64,000 nt of DNA from an uncultured Clostridium sp. (GTDB lineage: Bacteria > Bacillota > Clostridia > TANB77 > CAG-508): contig CABVAF010000002.1 in assembly GCA_902496295.1 (NCBI GenBank), positions 131,503 to 195,502 on the forward strand. The letters are read 5' to 3'. Below the pieces are notes generated by a model, which searched no databases, had not been told where the DNA came from, and saw only the letters and a list, made by a program, of their open reading frames with translations. Positions 1 to 7,972 of this stretch are shown piece after piece. Positions within the stretch are counted from its first letter, which is position 1. Every line of letters begins with the position of its first letter. The position numbers were made by a program, and so were the translations under genes.

Positions 1-130
1 TTTCTTTTTCTTCGTTAGAAAATATTTTTTCTATCTTACCATTTTTTATATAAACATTTAAATTTTTAACTATTACATCGTTATTTTCAAATAATAATAC
101 ATTTCCGTTTTTTATTAAGACTTCTTCCAT
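1..130 (-). CDS. First 43 codons of a gene that runs off the left edge. The N-terminus resembles a metal-dependent amidohydrolase opening (function tentative).
   Basis: ATG at 130-128 with GGAGG 6 nt upstream (cctcc on + at 137-141). The frame stays open to position 1. It translates MEEVLIKNGNVLLFENNDVIVKNLNVYIKNGKIEKIFSNEEKE. Confidence 0.45.
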   Translation of the reverse strand, partial: MEEVLIKNGNVLLFENNDVIVKNLNVYIKNGKIEKIFSNEEKE

Positions 131-208
131 GTAGAGCCTCCTTTACTTATAAAATAATACTATAAAAAAGTAAAAAAAGCAATGTAAAACTTCGCTATTT
201 CGGCAATT

Positions 209-243
209 AAAAAAAGCATAATAAAGACGCCCTCTCGGGCGCC
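209..243 (-). terminator. Rho-independent terminator of the 274..1533 gene
   Basis: GC-rich 7-bp stem (226-232 gacgccc / 237-243 gggcgcc, one G-U pair) with a GAGA tetraloop on the minus strand. A T-run follows on the minus strand (A-run 209-215 on +). Confidence 0.7.
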
Positions 244-273
244 TGTCAAAGCATAGTCACATTTTGTACAGAG

Positions 274-1533
274 CTACATATATAAAACTGTACGGGAACC
301 ATAGTATATGTTGCTACTCGTCGGAACGCTACCACCACGACTAGAAGCCGGATTGCTACTGCCATTGCTGCTGAAGACACCTCCGCGAACGCTTCGGTCA
401 TTTGTATTGCTCGATTCAATTGTCCAATCCCATACATTTCCTGTCATATCATATATATTATTTACTGCATATGCATCATTTGAACCTGTTGGTATTGATA
501 CATTTCCATTTGTACCATAATAATTTCCTTTTCCCGTACTATCATAAGTATAAGTTTTCTTTTCTTCATCTCCACTATTATACATCCATCTCATTACTGC
601 ATCCCATTGACTTCCCCATATCATTGATGTTGTTACATTACTATTCACAGCTATTCCTTTTGCTTTTTTATACTGTGTATACCATGTTTGACTTGCTATA
701 TCTGTATTATTCTTTGTAACTGTTGCTTCTGTTTGAGACAAATTTCCAGTTTCATATCTTCCTATATAGAAACCACCATACTTCTCTACGCTCTCTATCA
801 TACTATTAAACTCTTTCCCTAATTGCGCTTTAAAACTATCTGCTGTTGCACTTGCATCTAATCCTGCTTGTTGCAAATTTGTACTTACTGCATCATATTG
901 ATTATTATAAGTTACTACATCTGGTTCACGACAACTACCACTTCCAGATATATTCGTTATAGACATTACTCCATTTTGTTCTGTCCAATTAAGTGGTGTT
1001 ATTCCAGTTGAAACGAAACTATATAATTTTCCCCATTTCTTACCGTCTACATCTGTTCCATACATCTCACTTGGATTTGCTACTGGCACCCATACAAATT
1101 GATTTCTTGTTGTTTGTGCAGTATCTTTATTAGTATCGTTTACCTCTTCTTCTCCTTCATATATTACAAATCCATCTACTACTGTATTTTCTGTTGCCAC
1201 ACTTGATGCAGTATAACCTATTGGCACCGGCACTACTACTCCATCTGCACTTGTTACTTTATCAACCTTGCCTAAATCCCAATTTGCTGTTGGGTCTTCT
1301 GGCTCTTCTGATGTACTTCCTCCACCTATTCCATTTACCATATTACTCATATATTCTGTTACTTTATTCATTTCTTCTTGCCCATTTATTGTAGCCTGAT
1401 TCGTTTTCTCTGCTGCTTCTCTTGCTTTTGCTATTATTCCATTATCACTAAATACTAAGCTTATTGTTATTCCTGCTAAGATTAACAAAACTACAATAGT
1501 CACAACTAACGCAATTAGAGTTATTCCGCACAT
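274..1533 (-). CDS. Pseudopilin-like N-terminus fused to an FGE-sulfatase-like (C-type-lectin fold) domain that is probably non-catalytic
   Basis: The N-terminus MCG|ITLIALVVTIVVLLILAGITISLVF resembles a prepilin class III signal but has Ala at +5 instead of Glu. FGE-type motifs are present: FVWVPV, GGFYIGRYETG, DMTGNVWDWT, SVRGG. There is no Cys pair after RGG. The start site is uncertain (see findings). Confidence 0.7.
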   Translation of the reverse strand: MCGITLIALVVTIVVLLILAGITISLVFSDNGIIAKAREAAEKTNQATINGQEEMNKVTEYMSNMVNGIGGGSTSEEPEDPTANWDLGKVDKVTSADGVVVPVPIGYTASSVATENTVVDGFVIYEGEEEVNDTNKDTAQTTRNQFVWVPVANPSEMYGTDVDGKKWGKLYSFVSTGITPLNWTEQNGVMSITNISGSGSCREPDVVTYNNQYDAVSTNLQQAGLDASATADSFKAQLGKEFNSMIESVEKYGGFYIGRYETGNLSQTEATVTKNNTDIASQTWYTQYKKAKGIAVNSNVTTSMIWGSQWDAVMRWMYNSGDEEKKTYTYDSTGKGNYYGTNGNVSIPTGSNDAYAVNNIYDMTGNVWDWTIESSNTNDRSVRGGVFSSNGSSNPASSRGGSVPTSSNIYYGSRTVLYM

Positions 1534-1880
1534 TTTCTTTTGCTTTTCTCAAATTTTTACTTGTATCTGTTTTATACAAATATTCTTTTACCATATTTTA
1601 GTCCTCCTTCGTTATTATTAGCATTATCAGCTGTATTTATACATGCTATCATTTGTGCCTTTTTATCGTCACCAAATACATTATTTATTCTAGCATATTG
1701 CATTTTTATTTGCAATTATCTTTAGTTGCATTTTTTATAAAACATAATTCATTCATAAAATATTATAATTTCATAATTATTTTATAAAATGACCTTGCCT
1801 CTATCTCTTGTAAAAAATTATCTTTTATAGTATTATAAAATTAATATTATTTTACGAATGAGAAAGGTTGAAAATTAATT

Positions 1881-2819
1881 ATGAAAGATGAGCAATTTGA
1901 CTTTTATAGCCCTACTAATCTAAAGTCATATAATTTAGAGCAAACAATGAGATATCAAATAGAAGTATTAGGGCAATTAGATATGTTTACACGTAGACAT
2001 AGTGAAAATGTTGGAAATTTGTGTTGTAGAATATGTGAATATTTACATGCTGGTACAAAATTCACTGTATTTTGCACAATATGTGGATATATACATGACT
2101 TAGGAAAAATGTTTATTCCTCCAGATATTCTTAATAAACCAGGAAAACTAACTGACGAAGAATTTGAAGTAATGAAAACACACACTACTCTTGGATACAA
2201 TATGTGTATGAAGGATTTAAAACTTCGTCCATATGCATTAGCAGCACTTGACCATCATGAAATGCTTAATGGTTCTGGATATCCAAACGGAATTACAAAA
2301 AAAGATATTCCATATTATGTACAGATTGTAACAATTGCAGACGAATATGACGCTATAGTTACCAAAAGGCAGTACAAAACCCACGTAAATATTTCTGAAA
2401 CTCTAAAAGACCTTATAAAAGATACTCAGCCAGACCCTAAGTTTATGGCTTTAGACTTTTTAACAGAAAAAGAAAAGTTAGGCAAAATTAATGGGAAAGT
2501 TTTAAAACAATTATTTAAAGTTGTTATAGACGATACAAATTATGAAATTAGCTGTGTATTGCAGTATGTTGACTATTTAAAGGACCAAATAAAAAGATTA
2601 GAGCTAATGAAAAAATACTACATTAAAATGAGTGAAACCGACAAAGAAAAAACTAAAACTTATTATAAGGAAGGTATTAGATTGCTTCTTCAGCCTGGCG
2701 AAACAATGGAAAATTTTGAACAAGTTTTAGAAGAATATAAAAGTGCATTAATTATACGTAACAAACGTATTGATGATTTATATAATGAAATTAAAATTAT
2801 CAAAAAATTAAAAGTTTAA
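1881..2819 (+). CDS. Stand-alone HD-GYP domain protein (putative c-di-GMP phosphodiesterase) with a coiled-coil-like C-terminal extension
   Basis: Motifs HDLGK and HHEMLNGSGYPNG. A GAAAGG SD lies upstream of the ATG. No receiver or sensor domain precedes the HD domain. Confidence 0.8.
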   Translation: MKDEQFDFYSPTNLKSYNLEQTMRYQIEVLGQLDMFTRRHSENVGNLCCRICEYLHAGTKFTVFCTICGYIHDLGKMFIPPDILNKPGKLTDEEFEVMKTHTTLGYNMCMKDLKLRPYALAALDHHEMLNGSGYPNGITKKDIPYYVQIVTIADEYDAIVTKRQYKTHVNISETLKDLIKDTQPDPKFMALDFLTEKEKLGKINGKVLKQLFKVVIDDTNYEISCVLQYVDYLKDQIKRLELMKKYYIKMSETDKEKTKTYYKEGIRLLLQPGETMENFEQVLEEYKSALIIRNKRIDDLYNEIKIIKKLKV

Positions 2820-2839
2820 GCTTTTAGGCTTAAACTTTT
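2810..2839 (+). terminator. Terminator of the HD-GYP gene
   Basis: Perfect 12-bp stem aaaagtttaagc / gcttaaactttt with a 6-nt loop. It overlaps the TAA stop and is followed by TTTTAAT. Confidence 0.7.
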
Positions 2840-2925
2840 AATCTTCTTTAAAGCAATTGCCAAATCTCCAAAATTTGAAATTTGATTTTTTAGTATTTAA
2901 TAATATTTAATACAAATATACTTTA

Positions 2926-3273
2926 CTATTCTAAACCAAAGCTTACACCTAAAGCATTATTTATTTTAGATATTACTTCTTCATCTTCTATATGTCCAAT
3001 TTTTTCTTTTAATCTGCTTTTATCTATTGTTCTAATTTGTTCTGTTAATACTATAGACTCCTCTTTTAACCCACCTTCTTGTGGCCCTATTTCTATATGT
3101 GTCGGTAATTTATTTTTTGTAACTTGTGAAGTAATTGCTGCTGCAATTACTGTAGGGCTATGCTTGTTACCAACATCGTTTTGTATTATGAGTACTGGTC
3201 TTATTCCGCCTTGCTCAGAACCAACAACTGGACTTAAATCTGCATAAAACATATCTCCTCTTTTAACTACCAT
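2926..3273 (-). CDS. mazF: MazF/EndoA (PemK family) mRNA interferase toxin
   Basis: MVVKRGDMFYADLSPVVGSEQGGIRPVLIIQNDVGNKHSPTVIAAAITSQ... is near-colinear with Bacillus subtilis EndoA/NdoA. AGGAG lies 8 nt upstream of the ATG at 3273. The GTG at 3282 given by the track sits inside the SD. Confidence 0.9.
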   Translation of the reverse strand: MVVKRGDMFYADLSPVVGSEQGGIRPVLIIQNDVGNKHSPTVIAAAITSQVTKNKLPTHIEIGPQEGGLKEESIVLTEQIRTIDKSRLKEKIGHIEDEEVISKINNALGVSFGLE

Positions 3274-3368
3274 CTTCTTCACTCCTAATATTTGTAGATT
3301 TAAAGTTTTTTTATTGATATATTTTAAATATTAGATAGAGATAAAAATAGTTAAAAAGCTTTTGTTAA

Positions 3369-4034
3369 TTAATTATTTAAATCATTTATTCTTATCTCAT
3401 TATATAATATGTAAACTATATTTTTTTGGTTCTTATCTTGTATTAACATCTTTTCTGGATTTCCTGTTTCTTTATTTATATATAACATCTTTACATTCCC
3501 ATAGTTGTTACTTTTAGAAATATCTACTGTCATTATTATATTTTTACTGTCTTCACTAATATTTTTGCTACTATTTTCCTCATAATCTTTTATAAATGAA
3601 TTAAGCCATAAATTGTTGTCTGTAATATATTCATAATTATCATATACGGTTTGTAAATTCAGTTTAGTATTATTAATTGTAAGTTTTTCATTTTCATATA
3701 ATATTGTTAATCCTTCTATATTAGATGGCTCTAAGACTGTTTGTTCTTCTTTTACTCCTTTATTATATTTTTGTTCTAATATATATTTGTTAGTATTTTT
3801 ATTGCTTTGAACTGTCACTTCTAATTTTGCCTCATAAGAACTAATATTTAAAATATATTTTTCAATTTCTTGAATACTTTTGTTAGTTATATTATTTCCC
3901 ATATTAAAATTTTTATTAAACATTTTTGTATTTTTATTTGTAAAAATACAAACTGTAAAAATTATAATAGCTAAGACTATAGCCAAACTAATTATTATAA
4001 ATTTTGTATTAAATTTAAATCTAGTTTTTCTCAT
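3369..4034 (-). CDS. Membrane-anchored protein, tentatively LolA-like (YdcC-like)
   Basis: Single N-terminal TM segment (FIIISLAIVLAIIIFTVCIF). Its position directly upstream of mazF matches the B. subtilis ydcC-alr-ndoAI-ndoA neighbourhood. AGGAG lies 8 nt upstream of the ATG at 4034 (MRKTRFKF). Confidence 0.5.
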   Translation of the reverse strand: MRKTRFKFNTKFIIISLAIVLAIIIFTVCIFTNKNTKMFNKNFNMGNNITNKSIQEIEKYILNISSYEAKLEVTVQSNKNTNKYILEQKYNKGVKEEQTVLEPSNIEGLTILYENEKLTINNTKLNLQTVYDNYEYITDNNLWLNSFIKDYEENSSKNISEDSKNIIMTVDISKSNNYGNVKMLYINKETGNPEKMLIQDKNQKNIVYILYNEIRINDLNN

Positions 4035-4110
4035 TAAATTCACTCCTATTTTCTTTACATTAAAGTGCAAAAAAATAAACTAAAATTAATTTATTTTAGT
4101 TTATTTCTAT

Positions 4111-5082
4111 TCATATTTTATTAAAATATTCTGTAAGGCAAGCTACTAATTCTTTCTGCGTTTCTATTTTATTTACTTCATTTCTTATTAACGTTGCATT
4201 AGGTAAATTTTTAATATAATAGCTAATGTGCTTTCTCATTTCTTTTATAGCAACATTTTCGCCTTTTTCTTCTACTTCTAAATTAATATGTTCTAGCATA
4301 ACTTGAAGCTTTTCTGCATTAGTAATTTTTGTAACTTCTTCGCCATTTAAGTATTGTATTATTTCTCTAAAAATCCAAGGGTTACCTATAGCTCCTCTTC
4401 CTATCATAATTCCATCTACTCCAGTTTGACTAAACATTTCGTATGCATCTTCTTTTGTTTTTATATCGCCATTTCCTATTACAGGAATATTAACAGCATC
4501 TTTTACTTTTTTTATCATATTCCAGTTTGCATGCCCTGTATAAAACTCCTCTCTTGTCCTGCCATGAACTGTAATTGCAGAGGCTCCGGCTTTTTCTATT
4601 ATTTTTGCCGCCTCTATTGCAACTATATGGTCAATATCCCATCCTAGTCTTATTTTTACTGTTACAGGTACTTTGGATACCTTTACAACTTCTTCTACTA
4701 TTTTTCCTACTAGTTCTAAATTTAGTAATAGTTTACTTCCATCTCCATTTTTTACAACTTTTGGAGCAGGACAGCCCATATTTATATCTATTATATCTGC
4801 AATGTCATTTATTTTTTTCGTTGCTTCTGCCATTGCTTCTACATCACTTCCGAAAATTTGAACAGCAACTGGCTTTTCCTCTTGTACAGAATGTAATAAT
4901 AGCTTAGTTTTTTCATCATTATACATTAATCCTTTAGCGCTCACCATTTCTGTATATACAAGTCCTGAATTATATTTTTTACACATTAATCTAAATGGCA
5001 GGTCTGTTATACCTGCCATTGGAGCTAAAAATATATTATTCTCTAATTCTACATTTCCTATTTTTAAGTTTTTTAAATACAC
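4111..5082 (-). CDS. dus: tRNA-dihydrouridine synthase
   Basis: FLAPMAGITDLPFR, DINMGCP and TVHGRTR motifs of the Dus TIM barrel. The apparent start is GTG. Confidence 0.85.
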   Translation of the reverse strand: MYLKNLKIGNVELENNIFLAPMAGITDLPFRLMCKKYNSGLVYTEMVSAKGLMYNDEKTKLLLHSVQEEKPVAVQIFGSDVEAMAEATKKINDIADIIDINMGCPAPKVVKNGDGSKLLLNLELVGKIVEEVVKVSKVPVTVKIRLGWDIDHIVAIEAAKIIEKAGASAITVHGRTREEFYTGHANWNMIKKVKDAVNIPVIGNGDIKTKEDAYEMFSQTGVDGIMIGRGAIGNPWIFREIIQYLNGEEVTKITNAEKLQVMLEHINLEVEEKGENVAIKEMRKHISYYIKNLPNATLIRNEVNKIETQKELVACLTEYFNKI

Positions 5083-5198
5083 TTTTTAACATATGCTCCT
5101 TTATTGCTTATTTTCATTTTATACTCTATACTCTATATTTTATATTTTTCCTATCTTATTGCTTTAATTTTGTCTTACTTATTACTGCCTTATTCTTT

Positions 5199-6305
5199 TT
5201 AACTAATAAATAATGCCCTTTTTCTTCTTGCGCTAATATTAAGTAAGATGGCTATCATAATTAAATTTGTTATCATAGAACTTCCACCATAACTTACAAA
5301 AGGCAATGGTATACCAGTAATTGGGAGTAAGCCCATAGTCATACCAATATTTTCTAACATATGGAAGAAGAATATTCCAGCAATCCCAGCAGCTATATAT
5401 GCTCCCGCGTCATCTTTTGCGGTCTTAGCAACATATACTGCTTTTGTAATGAGAACAACATACAGTATAATAACTCCTGCTGCTACAATAAATCCCATCT
5501 CTTCGCCTATAACAGAATATATAAAGTCTGTTGTTTTAGGATATAAAAATCCAAGTTGGGTTTGATTACCTTTTAAAAGCCCCATACCTAGTAGCTCTCC
5601 AGCACCTATTGCTAGTTTTGACTGAATTATATTATACCCTGCCCCTCTTGGATCCATATCTGGATTTAAAAATACATCTATTCTTGTTTTTGCATGCTCT
5701 GGAAGTATAAAAAAGTATGCTACTGGAACTAATATTACTACTACCGTTATTGCAGTTATAATATATCTCTTTTTTATTCCAGAAACAAACAACATAAAAA
5801 TTAAAGACATAACAAATGCTAATGCTGTACCATAGTCTGGTTGTTTTATAATTAATAAAATTGGTACTAGAGCAACTAATAATATAAGTCCTAGTTTTAA
5901 TAGTCTACTTGTTTCGTCTCTACCCTTTAACTGCATTTTTGTTATAACAAATGTAATAAATAATACAAAAGAAATTTTTGCAAATTCAGCAGGTTGCATG
6001 GTAAATTGACCTATACTAAACCAACTTGAAGCACCGTTTATTGGTTCTGTAAATAATACTCCTATTAATAACACAATGGATACTCCATATAATACAGGAG
6101 ATATTTTAACAAATATATCATAATCTATTAAAATTATGATAATCATTACAGGAATACTTACTAATACCCACATAATTTGCTTTTTAAATTCGTCATAATC
6201 AGCATTCTGTGTTGCTGAAAATAACGCAACAAGCCCTATTATAATTAATAAAATGGTGCAAATTAATATGCCCCACTCTATATTTTTTAATAATCTTTTA
6301 TTCAT
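5199..6305 (-). CDS. rodA: SEDS family peptidoglycan polymerase RodA (FtsW/RodA/SpoVE family)
   Basis: Polytopic membrane protein with the SEDS C-terminal signature (LPITGIPLPFVSYGGSS). It lies immediately downstream of minDE. Confidence 0.85.
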   Translation of the reverse strand: MNKRLLKNIEWGILICTILLIIIGLVALFSATQNADYDEFKKQIMWVLVSIPVMIIIILIDYDIFVKISPVLYGVSIVLLIGVLFTEPINGASSWFSIGQFTMQPAEFAKISFVLFITFVITKMQLKGRDETSRLLKLGLILLVALVPILLIIKQPDYGTALAFVMSLIFMLFVSGIKKRYIITAITVVVILVPVAYFFILPEHAKTRIDVFLNPDMDPRGAGYNIIQSKLAIGAGELLGMGLLKGNQTQLGFLYPKTTDFIYSVIGEEMGFIVAAGVIILYVVLITKAVYVAKTAKDDAGAYIAAGIAGIFFFHMLENIGMTMGLLPITGIPLPFVSYGGSSMITNLIMIAILLNISARRKRALFIS

Positions 6306-6329
6306 TTATTAACCTCGCCTGAAAATATA

Positions 6330-6938
6330 CTATTTACTAGCATTTTTCTTATCTTCCTCGTCTGCTTTTATCTCAGAAGTTTCTTCTTTTTTATCTGAAG
6401 AATCTACGTTTTCGTTAGCTTCCTCTGAATTTTCTTCGGTACTATCTTCACTATTCTTAGTATTTTCACTATGGCTATTTTTATCGCTATCTGGCTCTTC
6501 TATTTTTATTTCTACTTTTTTATCATTTGTATCTACATTTTCTTCTACATTGTTATCTTTTGTAATTGTTTCGCTTGATATATCTCCACTAGATATATCT
6601 TCACTAGATGTATCTTCCTCTTTATCTATTTTTCTAGCCTCGTTTTTAATTGTAACAATTGGAATATTGGCGTATAGGGCAGGTGCTCCAACAGTTCCGT
6701 CATCATTCATTTTATTAGTTAATTTAACATCAATTGCCTTTTCGTCTATATCAATGTACTTTTTAATTACCTCTATAATTTCTTGCTTCATCATATCTAA
6801 GAAATCTGCTGATACATTTGCTCTATCTTGCATTAATACTAGATGTAGCCTTTCTTTAGCTGTCTCCTTTGATTTTGAATCAATACCTTTATCGGTTTTT
6901 TTAAGTTTTTTAAAGAAATTTACAATGTTCTCAAACAT
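6330..6938 (-). CDS. minE: Cell division topological specificity factor MinE with a roughly 100-aa acidic low-complexity C-terminal extension
   Basis: Residues 1-100 are colinear with canonical ~90-aa MinE (KERLHLVLMQDR..., PALYANIPIV). Residues 101-202 are rich in E, D, S and K. GGAGG SD. Confidence 0.85.
   Translation of the reverse strand: MFENIVNFFKKLKKTDKGIDSKSKETAKERLHLVLMQDRANVSADFLDMMKQEIIEVIKKYIDIDEKAIDVKLTNKMNDDGTVGAPALYANIPIVTIKNEARKIDKEEDTSSEDISSGDISSETITKDNNVEENVDTNDKKVEIKIEEPDSDKNSHSENTKNSEDSTEENSEEANENVDSSDKKEETSEIKADEEDKKNASK
6577..6621. repeat. 15-nt x3 tandem repeat inside the minE tail
   Basis: Units gatatatctccacta / gatatatcttcacta / gatgtatcttcctct encode (E/G)D(T/I)SS x3 on the minus strand. 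Confidence 0.8.
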
Positions 6939-6959
6939 TTACTTTCCTCCTATTGCAAT

Positions 6960-7754
6960 CTATTTTCGTTTAAATACTTTCTTTAATTTGCTAAAGAATC
7001 CCTTTTCGTCTCTAGGAATTGTTACATCAATATTTTCTCCTAAAATTCTTCTTGCCGTTTCTATATATGCTCTACCTGATGGAGCTTTTTTATTAGTAAC
7101 AACTGGTTCTCCTTTATTTGTTTGAGTTATAATAAATTCATCATCAGGAACTACTCCAATTAAATCTATTGATAATAAGTCTACGATATCATCCACATCC
7201 ATCATTTCGCCTTTTTTAACCATATTTGGTCTTAGTCTATTTATTACTAATTCTGGATTTTTTATTTCAGATGCTTCTAATAGTCCTATAATTCTGTCTG
7301 CATCTCTAATTGAAGAAATTTCTGCTGTTGTAACTACTATAGCTCTATCTGCTCCAGCTATTGCGTTTTTAAAACCTTGCTCAATTCCTGCTGGACAATC
7401 TATTAATATGTAATCAAACTCTTCTCTAAGTTTATTTGTTAAATCTTTCATTTGTTCTTCATTTACTGCACTTTTATCTCTTGTTTGAGCTGCTGGTAAT
7501 AAGTATAATTCATTAAAACGCTTGTCCTTTATTAATGCTTGTTTTAATTTACATTTTTCTTCCACAACATCTACTATGTCATAAACAATTCTATTTTCTA
7601 GTCCCATAACAACGTCAAGGTTTCTTAACCCTATATCGGTGTCTACTAAAGCTACTTTTTTCCCTTTTAGTGCTAGAGCAGAGCCGAGATTTGCTGTAGT
7701 TGTTGTTTTACCTACTCCACCTTTACCAGATGTAATAACAATAACTTCTCCCAT
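6960..7754 (-). CDS. minD: Septum site-determining ATPase MinD
   Basis: Deviant Walker A GKGGVGKTT, ParA/MinD fold, and a C-terminal amphipathic helix (FFSKLKKVFKRK). Confidence 0.95.
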   Translation of the reverse strand: MGEVIVITSGKGGVGKTTTTANLGSALALKGKKVALVDTDIGLRNLDVVMGLENRIVYDIVDVVEEKCKLKQALIKDKRFNELYLLPAAQTRDKSAVNEEQMKDLTNKLREEFDYILIDCPAGIEQGFKNAIAGADRAIVVTTAEISSIRDADRIIGLLEASEIKNPELVINRLRPNMVKKGEMMDVDDIVDLLSIDLIGVVPDDEFIITQTNKGEPVVTNKKAPSGRAYIETARRILGENIDVTIPRDEKGFFSKLKKVFKRK

Positions 7755-7972
7755 CTTTTTTCCTCCTTAATTGGGTCATATTATATTGTTCCTTCTTTTG
7801 TATAAGACTTACCTGCTTGTATAAATCAATAAAAATGCATATTTTCAATGCCTATATTATATATGAAATTTACTAAAAAATCAATGTTTATAGAAAAATA
7901 TACCAAAAAAATAAACAAAAAAATTTAAGTACTGGCGAACCTAAATTTTTTTGCTTTTTATTTTTAATCTAT

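Noticed and set aside
6550-7125. Plus-strand ORFs of 60-190 aa lying inside long minus-strand genes (for example 6550-7125, 20557-21102, 36800-37165, 56980-57444, 42317-42694).
   Set aside because: All are antisense shadows of well-supported genes. Their translations are low-complexity Leu/Phe/Ser/Ile strings, typical of the reverse frame of AT-rich coding DNA. None has an SD.
7755-7972. A degraded minC remnant upstream of minD.
   Set aside because: No ORF or coding-like frame is visible in the 218 nt. The region reads as AT-rich promoter and terminator sequence.
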